Shown: piece by piece, positions 24,874 to 35,892 of the stretch | Numbering within the stretch: the stretch's first letter is position 1 | Layout: the number at the start of each line of letters is the position of its first letter | NCBI GenBank assembly: GCA_963816395.1 | Contig: CAWFKQ010000005.1 | Coordinates: forward strand, 224,001-288,000 | Length of the DNA: 64,000 bases | From: an uncultured delta proteobacterium | Lineage (GTDB): Bacteria; Desulfobacterota; Desulfuromonadia; Desulfuromonadales; JACZKF01 | Direction of reading: 5' to 3' | Translations under genes and position numbers: made by a program | The notes under the pieces: model-generated | Seen by the model: the letters and a program-made list of their open reading frames with translations, nothing else | Database searches by the model: none | What the model was told of the DNA's origin: nothing

Positions 24874-27213
24874 CTATTCGGGCCTATCGGCCAAACAGGT
24901 GGAGAGCACGGCCATGAGGTCGGGGGCGCGCACCGGTTTGGCGATGAAGTCGTCCATGCCGGCCGCCTCACACTGCTCGCGCGCCTCACTCCCAGCATGG
25001 GCAGTCAGGGCGATAATGCAGGTGTGTCGCACCTGCCCTTGCTCCAGCGCGCGGATGCGCCGGGTCGCCGCCAGCCCGTCAAGGCGCGGCATCTGCAGAT
25101 CCATGAGGACGAGATCGAAATGCCCACTCTGCCATTTCTCAATTGCCTCCTCGCCATCGGCCGCCATTTCCACCTGCCAGCCGGACGGGGCGAGCATCAG
25201 GCGTAGCAGGGCGCGGATGGCGGGGTCGTCTTCGGCAATCAGCAAGCGCCCGGCGGCAGGGGCTGGGGCCGGCGTCTTGCTGCCGGGCGCTTCGTACGGG
25301 GTGACCTCGGCGGGGGGAAGCGGCAGTCGGCAGATGAAGGTGCTGCCGGCACCGGGGCGGCTCTCGACCCCCAGTTCCCCGCCCATCAGATGCACCAGTT
25401 CGCGGCTAATGGCGAGACCGAGACCAGTGCCGCCAAATCTCCGGGTGCTGGAGACGTCGGCCTGGGTGAATGGCTCGAAAATTTCCATCTGTCTGTCCGG
25501 CTCGATGCCGATACCGGTGTCGCGCACCGAGAGCAGGACCTGTTCACCGCCAGCGGGCGCTGCCGCCAGTACGATTTCCCCCTGCTCTGTAAACTTGAGG
25601 GCGTTGCCGACCAGGTTGACCAGCACCTGGGTGAGCCGGTTGGGGTCACCGACCACCAATTCTGGCACCTCGGGATCGATCGTGAGGTGCAGGGCGAGAC
25701 CCCTGCGACGGGCCGGCAGCAGGAACATTTCACGTACCTGCCGCAGGCAGCCGGGGAGATTAAAGGATTCCTTGTGCAGGGTGATCCGTCCCCCCTCGAT
25801 CCGGCTGAAGTCGAGCAGGTCCTCGATGATCGACAAGAGCTGCTGGCCGCCGTTTTGCGCCAGATCGAGCAGCATGCCCTGCGATTCGGTCGGCTCGCTG
25901 TCGACCAGAAGATCGAGAGTACCGAGAATCACCGTCAGTGGCGTGCGCAGCTCATGGCTCACGTTGGCTAAAAAGGCGCTCTTGATCCGATTACCCTCCT
26001 CGGCCGCTTCCTTCGCCTGCTGCAGCGCCTGCTCGGCGGCGATACGCTCGCTGACCTCGGTGCTGATATGGGCGGCGCCCAGCAGGTGTCCGTCCGGCGC
26101 GCGCACGGGACTGAAGCGCATGTCGTAAATGCGGCGCGCCTTGCTGGCATCGGAGAACTGAACTGTGACGCTGAAACTTTCTCCACCGAGCGCCCGCTCC
26201 CACAGCGGCTGGACTTGGGCCAGTTCGGCGGGGTGATCGACCAGCAGTTCGGCAAGAGACTGGCGCAGGTGCGGCGTGATCCCATAGCGCTGCTGCAGGA
26301 TGTCGACGAAAGCGCGATTGAAAATAAGAAAGCGCAGGTCCGGATCGACGGCGGCGACCAGATTGGGGCTTCCGTCAATCAGGCTCTGCAGCAGATCGCG
26401 CGTCTGCAGCAGGCGCTTCTCGCCATGGCGCAGTACCTCTTCGGCTTGGCGCTGTTCGGAGAGGTCGCGCACCTGGGCGAGGATAACCGACTCGCCGCGC
26501 AGGGTGACCTGCCGCAGGGAAACCTCGGCCAGGAAGAGCGAGTGGTCGCCGGCGCGCCTGCTCGGCCAGACGAAAAGCTGCGGCTCCCCGGCCACGGTGC
26601 GCTCCCAATAGATGCGCGCCTGCTGAGCCACTTCAGCGGTGCCATTGGCGGCGAAATCATCGATGCTCAGGCGCAGTGCTTCGTCGCGGCTGACCCCGTG
26701 CAGGCGCAAAAACGGCTCATTGAAGTCGATGATCTTGCCGTCGACTGCGTGCAGAACAATGGCGTCGCGGGAGCAGTTAAAGATCAGGCGCAGCATCTCT
26801 TCCGATTCGCGCAGCGCCTGCTCCGCCTCCTCCCTCGCCTCCAGGTTATGGATGCAGCCGCCAAAGAGGTCGCGCCCGGCGAAAGAAAAGAAGTTTGCCG
26901 AGATCGCCACCGGGATCTCCCGCCCGTCGGCATAACGATGAACCGTCTCGAAAAAGAGCGCCCCCTTCTCCTGCAACTCCTCCCAGAGCCGCTTCCACTG
27001 GGCTCGGGAGAGACGGGCATCGACCTCGGTCAAGCTCGTCGCGAGCAGCTCCTCACGTCTTCGGCCGAAATGGGTGCAAGCGGCGTCGTTGACGAAGACG
27101 AAGCGGAAATCGTCCTCAGGGTCGCAGGTGTAGAACGGGTCAGCGCTGCGCTGCGCCACGTTCTTCATAAAAGCTAGCGCCCGCTCCCGCAGCTCCGCAC
27201 TCAGGTCATTCAC
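24874..27213 (-). CDS. Cytoplasmic hybrid histidine kinase (3 PAS-HisKA-HATPase-REC)
   Basis: FLANVSHELRTPL, NALKFT, DTGIGI, FGGTGLGL motifs; receiver domain AEDD..LMDLQMP..FIAKP. Confidence 0.93.
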   Translation of the reverse strand: MNDLSAELRERALAFMKNVAQRSADPFYTCDPEDDFRFVFVNDAACTHFGRRREELLATSLTEVDARLSRAQWKRLWEELQEKGALFFETVHRYADGREIPVAISANFFSFAGRDLFGGCIHNLEAREEAEQALRESEEMLRLIFNCSRDAIVLHAVDGKIIDFNEPFLRLHGVSRDEALRLSIDDFAANGTAEVAQQARIYWERTVAGEPQLFVWPSRRAGDHSLFLAEVSLRQVTLRGESVILAQVRDLSEQRQAEEVLRHGEKRLLQTRDLLQSLIDGSPNLVAAVDPDLRFLIFNRAFVDILQQRYGITPHLRQSLAELLVDHPAELAQVQPLWERALGGESFSVTVQFSDASKARRIYDMRFSPVRAPDGHLLGAAHISTEVSERIAAEQALQQAKEAAEEGNRIKSAFLANVSHELRTPLTVILGTLDLLVDSEPTESQGMLLDLAQNGGQQLLSIIEDLLDFSRIEGGRITLHKESFNLPGCLRQVREMFLLPARRRGLALHLTIDPEVPELVVGDPNRLTQVLVNLVGNALKFTEQGEIVLAAAPAGGEQVLLSVRDTGIGIEPDRQMEIFEPFTQADVSSTRRFGGTGLGLAISRELVHLMGGELGVESRPGAGSTFICRLPLPPAEVTPYEAPGSKTPAPAPAAGRLLIAEDDPAIRALLRLMLAPSGWQVEMAADGEEAIEKWQSGHFDLVLMDLQMPRLDGLAATRRIRALEQGQVRHTCIIALTAHAGSEAREQCEAAGMDDFIAKPVRAPDLMAVLSTCLADRPE

Positions 27214-28142
27214 GGCCTGACTCCGAAAGAGTTAACTACCCCGCCTGTTTGAAAGCTGCTCCTATGCAGTGGAATCGAGGGGTTCCGTGACTCATCTGCT
27301 GTTTGACCGGAATCCGGGCTGGATGAATTAGATTCCTGTTTGTCACCGATTTTCTGGGTCGGCAGCAGATAACTTCCCTTTGCTATCTGGATCGGGGTCT
27401 CTCTGATCCAGCGATTCTTTTTCACCATCGAGGGAGTTTTCTATTTCGAAGGTCTTTTCCGGGGCGGGTGGTGGCCGGCCAGATGCATCAAGGGGAATTG
27501 CTGGCGATTTCTGGTCCGCCGTATCATGGGGATGAGAACCACCCCAGCCGTTCAACCAGGCCAATCGCCCTCTTTCGCGGCCACTTTGCGCCCGCCGACC
27601 TCCCGAAGTGATGGACATGCTCTACGTGTCCTCTTTTAACATCACCTGAAAAATGCTTTTATACGCTCCTGGTTCTCGGCAGCGACATTCGCCCATCAGT
27701 TCTCATTCCCCATGCGGTTTCGGGCGAAGGGTATGCGCTCAAGAGGTCTGGTGGTTTGCCCCATATTATCTTCATCCTCGCAACTCTTTTGGATTCAGAC
27801 CCCAGAGGCCGCCAATCGGCGGCGAGTAAGTGCCGATGCGTGAAGTTTATGGGGGGGAAGGGGAAAGTCAAACTGGACCGGAATCTCCAGCTTGATCATA
27901 AAAGCCGAAGCGCAGGCCGTCGTCTTCCCTCCACCTGGCAGACGTCCCGAGAGGCCAAAGATGAGAGCGGTCTCTGATACCCCGAGATGCAGGGACAGCC
28001 GAAGCCCAGAGGGCCGCCTACGAAACGGCCCCCTACCAAGCCGACGGGACCAGGCAAAACGGCCACCTGAGAAGGTGGCCGTTCCGTTTCCGGGGCTGGG
28101 CGCAGGCGCAACCGGCCGACCCTATACGCAACCGGAAAAAAC

Positions 28143-28177
28143 AAGAGGCCGCAATCCTTGAGGATTGCGGCCTTTTT
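28143..28177. terminator. Terminator downstream of tRNA-Leu(CAG)
   Basis: AGGCCGCAATCC-ttga-GGATTGCGGCCT hairpin. Confidence 0.8.
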
Positions 28178-28184
28178 CGTCTTT

Positions 28185-28271
28185 TGGTGCCGAAGGGGAG
28201 ACTCGAACTCCCACGTCCCTACGGACACTAGACCCTGAACCTAGCGTGTCTACCAATTCCACCACTTCGGC
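28185..28271 (-). tRNA. tRNA-Leu(CAG)
   Basis: Reverse complement GCCGAAGTGGTGGAATTGGTAGACACGCTAGGTTCAGGGTCTAG...GTTCGAGTCTCCCCTTCGGCACCA. Confidence 0.96.
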
Positions 28272-28418
28272 TGAAGCGAAGCACTTTATAGCAGATGGAT
28301 AATGCCAATGCAACAAAAAAATCCATGCGGGGAGGCCCCATTCTCATTGACTTATAGCGGTCATGGAAGTTTATACTTTAAATGAGCAACGCGTCATTCG
28401 CCGAGGAAAGGCCATCCC

Positions 28419-29330
28419 ATGCTGCTGCGGCAGACGCTCCTCTTTCTTTCCCGCCGCAAGGAACTGGAGGAATTCCTCCGCCGCAATCCCCTGGCCGTGC
28501 ACGCCAGCCGGCGTTTCGTGGCAGGCGACAGTCGGGCGGAAGCGTTGGAGGCGACCCGTCGGTTGAACCAGGAGGGATTCAAAGTCACACTCGACTACCT
28601 GGGCGAGGAAGTTGCCGATGCCGCGCAGGCCGAAGCCGCAGCCGAGGAATACGCCGGCGCCCTCGAGGAGGCGGCCGCCGGTGGTCTGGAAGCGGGAATT
28701 TCGGTGAAGCTGTCGCACCTGGGCATCCGCATCGATGAGGAATTGGCCTTCTCCAACCTGTTGCAGATAAGCCGGCGGGCAGCGGCGGTCGGCCGTTTCG
28801 TGCGGGTGGATATGGAAGGGTCGGATCTCACCGACAAGACGCTGGCGATGGTGCGCCGGGTCCATCGGCTCTCCGACAACGTCGGGGCGGTTATCCAATC
28901 TTATCTGCGGCGCAGCAATCACGACATCGACCTACTTAATCAAGAGCGAATTTCGGTGCGTCTGGTCAAGGGGGCATACCTGGAGCCGGAGGAAATCGCC
29001 TTTCAGGATCAAGAAGAGGTTTCCCTCTATTTCATGCGCCTGCTGGAGTCTCTTTTTCGCGACGGATACCGCCCGGCCATCGCCACCCATGACGAGAAGC
29101 TGATCGATTATGCCGTCGATATGGCCTTCATCTTCAGCCTCGGGGAGACGGATTTCGAGTTCCAGATGCTCTATGGCATCCGCCGCGATCTGCAGGAAAA
29201 ACTGCGCCAGGCTGGATATCGCGTCCGCATCTATCTGCCCTACGGCTCGGACTGGTACGGTTATTTTATGCGACGACTGGCCGAACGCCCGGCCAACCTC
29301 TGGTTTCTGCTGCGCAACCTGGGCAAATAA
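28419..29330 (+). CDS. Monofunctional proline dehydrogenase
   Basis: RFVAG, TLDYLGE, RLVKGAY, IATHD, EFQMLYG and YFMRRLAERPAN motifs. Confidence 0.93.
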   Translation: MLLRQTLLFLSRRKELEEFLRRNPLAVHASRRFVAGDSRAEALEATRRLNQEGFKVTLDYLGEEVADAAQAEAAAEEYAGALEEAAAGGLEAGISVKLSHLGIRIDEELAFSNLLQISRRAAAVGRFVRVDMEGSDLTDKTLAMVRRVHRLSDNVGAVIQSYLRRSNHDIDLLNQERISVRLVKGAYLEPEEIAFQDQEEVSLYFMRLLESLFRDGYRPAIATHDEKLIDYAVDMAFIFSLGETDFEFQMLYGIRRDLQEKLRQAGYRVRIYLPYGSDWYGYFMRRLAERPANLWFLLRNLGK

Positions 29331-29351
29331 TCCTGTAAACCAGCTCCGAGT

Positions 29352-31027
29352 TTACCGCTTGCAGCTTTCATCTGCAACCCGTTGCGGCACTACGAGCAGA
29401 GTCCGGTAGCGCTCCACAGTGACCAGACCCGGTCTTGCCCCCTTCGGCTGGCGTACACATTTTCCCTCCGTCACCATTACCTCCACTTTTCCTTCGTTGC
29501 GCCCTCGCGAATAGCCGGCGGCTATGGCGGCGGCAAAGAGCTGATCCTCCTCCGGGACTTCCCGGCCTCCGCCACGTTTTAATACCAGGTGACAGCCCGG
29601 CTGACGGTGGGCATGGAACCACAGGTCCTCGGGTCCGGTCAGTTCCCGGCTGACGTAGTCATTGGTACGGCTGCTCTTGCCCCACCAGAGTTGAAAACCA
29701 CCAGGGGTGAGAATCCGGCGCAAGGTGTCACGCACCGCTAGAGGCCGGGTCCGGGGAGTATTGCGAGGAGCTGCCGACACCAGCCCCGCCTCTGCCAATT
29801 CCTGTTTGATCCCCTGCAGATCTTCCCGGCTTTCTGCCTCTTCCAGATAATGGGCCATCTCTTCCAGCCAGGCGATTTCCTCCCCTGTCTCCTTCATTCG
29901 GCGGGCCGCGTGGTCCACTCCCTTCTTCTTTTTTTTATAGCCGCGGAAATAACGTTCGGCATTTTCCTGGGGTGAGAGACTAGGATCAAGGACAATGGTG
30001 ACCGGTACCGGCGGCTCGACAGTAAAATTCTCCAGCGTCACCGCTGTCATCCCCCGGCGAAGTCGATGCAGGTTCGCCAGCAGCAGGTCTCCATTCCGCC
30101 GCCCCGCATCGGCCGCTTCAGAGTCCTGAAGGTCGGTGGCAATCTTCTGCCGCCGAGCCTCCAGACGCTGCAAGGCACGGCGGATAGAGGAGGCCAGCAC
30201 CGACCGTTCGCTGTCTTTCCCCGGCCGTTGAAAAATCGGAATAAAAACGGTCTGCGGCAAGGGATGGGGAGGCGAACTCCTCAACTCTCATCGAGGCCCA
30301 GATGCGGCAGGGGGAAAGCGCTCAGGACCGGTTTGCCGGTCAGAATGCCGACGACCGGACGGAATTCCCTGGCCAACCAGCACCGACGAAAATCGGCGAG
30401 AGCTTTCCCGGGGGGAACGCCGGCAGCAACCGCTGCCGCCAGTTCGCTGGCTACCAGGGGGGACATCGGTGCCAGATTGGTCATCAGAAACCTCTTGAAA
30501 ACGGCAGGATCGGTCGATTCCGAGGGGATCTCCGGCAATTCTCCGGCTAGGGGAAAGGGCGCCTTGGGAACCGGCGGGACATAAAGCCGGCCGGGAACAA
30601 TCTCACGGCCGGCGGCACTCCGTTTAAGGGCATCGATGATTCTCCCATTATTATCTACCAGCAGCAGATTGGCCTGCATGCCCAGCAGCTCCGCAATCAG
30701 CAGGTAGTTCTCCCCTTCCCTGCCGCGGCAGCGCAGGTGCACGATCCGCTCTTCCCGACTCTTTTCGATGGAAAGAATGCGCGTCAGCCGCGAGCGCAGC
30801 AACTGGCAGAAGCGGGGCGGGGTAAAAGGATTGTTCCAGGCGCCATTGGTCAGGTGCAGCCGGGCGTTGCCGCCGGTGGCGTCCAGCAGCAGGCGCAGCT
30901 CCTCCCGGCCGTTCCAGAGGCGCATCAGCAGCAGCTCCGGCTCCGGTTGATGGATCTTGTCGATGCGCGCGCCGGCCAGCTTTTCCGTGATTTCCAGGGT
31001 AACAGCTTCGATGAAGAAATTATCCAT
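29352..31027 (-). CDS. NFACT/FbpA (RqcH-like) protein; apparent +1 frameshifts near 30285 and 30220
   Basis: RIDKIHQP..F..LLR..L N-terminal domain; SPQENAERYF; GKSSRTND, WFHA..PGCH and AAGYS NFACT-R motifs. Confidence 0.88.
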
Positions 31028-31220
31028 GTTCACCTGCCTTCCCGCCGAGGGAATAGCCAAGGGATTTTCCGGAAACGGGTTTTGCTTTCATGCGCAAAAG
31101 GATCTGCTATCATGCATTTCTGCAGTTCCCTCATTTTCAGTTAAAATTGAGCCAACAAGGGGTTTATTGTTGACAGCTTGACTGTATCATGATACCCGTT
31201 GTCCACCACTTTTTCTTTAG

Positions 31221-32561
<1,341 letters not shown>

Positions 32562-32583
32562 AACGAAAACTGCAGCAAATTCG

Positions 32584-32619
32584 AGAGGCGGTTTCCTGCA
32601 GGGAGCCGCCTCTTTTTTT
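32584..32619 (+). terminator. Intrinsic terminator after metY
   Basis: AGAGGCGGTTTCC-tgca-GGGAGCCGCCTCT followed by a T-run. Confidence 0.85.
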
Positions 32620-33085
32620 GTGTGGCACTCTGCTACCGGATTGCTGAAGATCTGCAACAGTTGCTGCGAAGAGGACTCAGAGCCCGCCCCTCTCCGTGGC
32701 ACATCTAACCATGCGGAATCCTTGTTGCCAATAGAATTCTCAATTTTAATGAAAAGGGTTGGCCAAAGATTTGCAGATGGATAATTTCATTCTGCGGCGC
32801 TGAGCTCAGAGCCATTTCTCATGTGACTGCGTTCCGGCATCCGGATGCCAGGGCGCCGTTCCCCCAGGATGAAGGAGAAATCCCTGGGTTCTCAACCTTG
32901 TTCTGATACCACCTGCATTGCTAATCGGAAAAGGAGGACTTCCGAACCAAGCTTGGCATCATGCAGCAAATGAAAATTTGCTTACTTTTCCCATCTTTTT
33001 ACTGTAGGCACCGGGAATCGCCGCCTTTTATTCATTCACCTGGTGATAAGCAGTTTACGGCACCGCAACGAAAAGGAGAACGAAC

Positions 33086-35191
33086 TTGCGCCCATTAAAT
33101 GTAAAATCATACCTGCTCACCCTGTTAACCCTGGTCCTTCTGGCCGCCTGCAGCTCCGGCGGCAGCAACTCACCCGCTTCTGCCGACGGTGCGCCGCCGA
33201 CCCAGGGAAAAGCCGTCGATCCCTACATTGTCGGGGCTGTCTTTCAGGAAGTGACCGCGACGGGCAGCGTTCTCCAGGACGCCTCCTCCCCTTCCGATTC
33301 CCAAGGCAATTTTTCTTTTCCCCTCCCCCTGCACCCCGGCTCCATCGTCGAGATGAAGGTTAATGACCGGGGAACTCACAACGGCATCAGCTATCAGGGA
33401 TTGCTCAAAGCAAAAGTACCGGTTACCGGGAATCTTCTTGTCGTCTCCCCCCTGACCACGCTGTTGGCCAACGGCGCCACGGAACAGGAGGTGGTCTCTT
33501 TTCTGGGCCTTGCCGGCATGACTGGAATCACGACAGCCGATCTCCGCTCCGACCCCATGGCCGGCCTTGAGAACCTTCATTCGGGAGAGGTCACCGACAA
33601 CCAATTGCAGCTGCTTCAGGCTGCAATGGCTGTCAATGCCTTCATGCACATCATCAACAATTATGCAGCCGGCCCCATGGATTTGACCAATTCGACCAAT
33701 GCCCTGCTGATGACCGATCTGGTGGGGGCAGCCAAGAAAGCTTTAAACCAGGCTGAGTTCGAGCAGCTCGCCGCCGCCCTGGCGAGCGATCAGAGCACCG
33801 CCGGGCAGCCAATGCTTCTCGCCGATGCGATTCACATGGCCGCAGATGCCATGCAGACGATGGCCAGCCTGGCCGACAGCGGCACCATTCCCAGCACAGC
33901 CGCTATTATGATGTCGATCGACGGCACGTTAACAACAGCGGTCGAGACCACCCGCAACTACATGCTGGCGCGGCTGGGGATCCCGTCCCCTTCCCCGACT
34001 CCCGACGGCAGCGCGCTTTATGCCGACAACTGCGCCGCCTGCCACGGCGCCCTCGCCGGCAGTTCCAAGGCCGGCGCCACCGCCGCCCAGATCCAGGGCG
34101 CCATCGCCAGCGTCAGCGCCATGCAGTCCTTTGCCACCCTGAGCGCCGCCGAGGTCCAGGCCATCGCCGACGCCCTCGCCGGCACCACCACTCCCCCCGC
34201 CCCGGCCGTCGACGGCGCCGCCCTGTACACCAGCGACTGCGCCGCCTGCCACGGCGCCCTCGCCAGCAGCGCCAAGGCCGGCGCCACCGCCGCCCAGATC
34301 CAGGGCGCCATCGCCGGCGTCAGCGCCATGCAGTCCTTTGCCACCCTGAGCGCCGCCGAGGTCCAGGCCATCGCCGACGCCCTCGCCGGCACCACCACTC
34401 CCCCCGCCCCGGCCGTCGACGGCGCCGCCCTGTACACCAGCGACTGCGCCGCCTGCCACGGCGCCCTCGCCAGCAGCGCCAAGGCCGGCGCCACCGCCGC
34501 CCAGATCCAGGGCGCCATCGCCAGCGTCGGCGCCATGCAGTCCTTTGCCACCCTGAGCGCCGCCGAGGTCCAGGCCATCGCCGACGCCCTCGCCACTTCG
34601 ACTCCGCCCACCGACGGCGGCACTACGCCGGCCTGCGGCTCCTGTCACGGGCTTCCTCCCGATGGCACCAGCGTTCCCAATACGGCAGGCGCCCATTCTG
34701 CTCACCAAGCTTTAGCCGACGTGGGCACCAACTGCGATACCTGCCACAGCGACCATATCCATCAGAACGGCGCGGTGGAAATCGGCATCCTCGCCAGTTT
34801 CAATGCCAAGAGCGGCGCCGCTACCGACAGTCCTGACGGCACGGCCACCTGCGCCAACGTGAGTTGTCACGGCGGGCAGACAACTCCCTTCTGGGGGAGC
34901 GGATCGATCGATGTGAATACCCAGTGCGAGTCCTGCCATGCCTATGGCACGGCTCAATTCAACAGTTATTCATCCGGTCGGCACAGCCTGCACGTCGGCC
35001 AAAGGCATTTTGCCTGCACCGTTTGCCACGAAACGGGCAAACTGGCGGTGAATCACTTTACCAGTCTGGCAACCACCGATATGGAAGGGCCGGCGTCCGC
35101 CACCATCGGCGGCGGCGCTACCCGGGTCACCAGCTATACCCCGGCCACCCGTTCCTGCTCCCCCAGCTGCCACAGCAGGGAGACCTGGTAA
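33086..35191 (+). CDS. Lipoprotein multiheme cytochrome c (9 candidate heme motifs, including CX4CH and CX3CH)
   Basis: AGGAG RBS and TTG start; lipobox LLAAC; CAACH x3, CGSCH, CDTCH, CANVSCH, CESCH, CTVCH, CSPSCH. Confidence 0.9.
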   Translation: MRPLNVKSYLLTLLTLVLLAACSSGGSNSPASADGAPPTQGKAVDPYIVGAVFQEVTATGSVLQDASSPSDSQGNFSFPLPLHPGSIVEMKVNDRGTHNGISYQGLLKAKVPVTGNLLVVSPLTTLLANGATEQEVVSFLGLAGMTGITTADLRSDPMAGLENLHSGEVTDNQLQLLQAAMAVNAFMHIINNYAAGPMDLTNSTNALLMTDLVGAAKKALNQAEFEQLAAALASDQSTAGQPMLLADAIHMAADAMQTMASLADSGTIPSTAAIMMSIDGTLTTAVETTRNYMLARLGIPSPSPTPDGSALYADNCAACHGALAGSSKAGATAAQIQGAIASVSAMQSFATLSAAEVQAIADALAGTTTPPAPAVDGAALYTSDCAACHGALASSAKAGATAAQIQGAIAGVSAMQSFATLSAAEVQAIADALAGTTTPPAPAVDGAALYTSDCAACHGALASSAKAGATAAQIQGAIASVGAMQSFATLSAAEVQAIADALATSTPPTDGGTTPACGSCHGLPPDGTSVPNTAGAHSAHQALADVGTNCDTCHSDHIHQNGAVEIGILASFNAKSGAATDSPDGTATCANVSCHGGQTTPFWGSGSIDVNTQCESCHAYGTAQFNSYSSGRHSLHVGQRHFACTVCHETGKLAVNHFTSLATTDMEGPASATIGGGATRVTSYTPATRSCSPSCHSRETW
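34004..34594 (+). repeat. 207-bp intragenic tandem repeat, ~3 copies
   Basis: Units start at 34004, 34211 and 34418; each encodes a 69-aa monoheme domain. Confidence 0.95.
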
Positions 35192-35296
35192 CTTCCTCGC
35201 GGAGAGATCGATTCTTCTCAGCTCGACAGGCGGGGCGGACCCTTGCAGTCCGCCCCGCTTGTTTCCATGCCGAAGCGCATGGTATATTCCGCAGCC

Positions 35297-35782
35297 ATGC
35301 AGGGAAACCCATTTCACATTGTGCTGATCGAGCCGGAGATCCCTCCCAATACCGGCAATATCGCCCGCCTGTGCGGCGCCACCGGCACCATTCTCCATCT
35401 CGTCGGCCGTCTCGGCTTCTCTCTCGAGGACCGCTACCTGCGGCGGGCCGGCCTCGATTACTGGCCGGCGGTGAACCTGCGGCGCTGGGAGACGCTGGAC
35501 GATCTGCAGCTAGCCTTTCCCAACGGCCGGTTCTGGTATTCATCCAAGAAAGCGGATCGGGTTTATACCGAGGCTGATTTTCGTGCCGGGGATTTTCTGG
35601 TCCTCGGCAAGGAGACCGAGGGGTTGCCGGAAGAACTCCTCGCCGCCCACCGCGAACAGACCATCCGCATCCCCATTTTCTCCCCGGTAGTGCGCAGTCT
35701 CAATCTCTCCACCGCCGCCGGCATCCTCCTTTACGAGGCGCTTCGGCAAACCGGCCGGCTCGACGGCAGGGCGCGCAAATGA
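35297..35782 (+). CDS. trmL: tRNA (cytidine/uridine-34 2'-O)-methyltransferase
   Basis: PEIPPNTGNIARLC, RRAGLDYW and RSLNLS SPOUT motifs. Confidence 0.93.
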   Translation: MQGNPFHIVLIEPEIPPNTGNIARLCGATGTILHLVGRLGFSLEDRYLRRAGLDYWPAVNLRRWETLDDLQLAFPNGRFWYSSKKADRVYTEADFRAGDFLVLGKETEGLPEELLAAHREQTIRIPIFSPVVRSLNLSTAAGILLYEALRQTGRLDGRARK

Positions 35783-35784
35783 AA

Positions 35785-35806
35785 GAGGCGCCCGGAAAGG
35801 GCGCCT
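35785..35806. terminator. Hairpin between convergent trmL and hom
   Basis: AGGCGCCC-ggaaa-GGGCGCCT. Confidence 0.6.
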
Positions 35807-35892
35807 GAAAAACCGTGAGATAGTCAGATCGTGAGCTCGGTAGAGAGAAAGGCAGCATCGACTAACTCGCTACCTCCCATTCATTCCTGGTT

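Noticed and set aside
24611..28185. Integrative element at tRNA-Leu
   Set aside because: No integrase and no direct-repeat duplication of a tRNA 3' end.
34004..34594. Long direct repeats as a CRISPR array or mobile element
   Set aside because: In-frame coding repeats of a heme domain.
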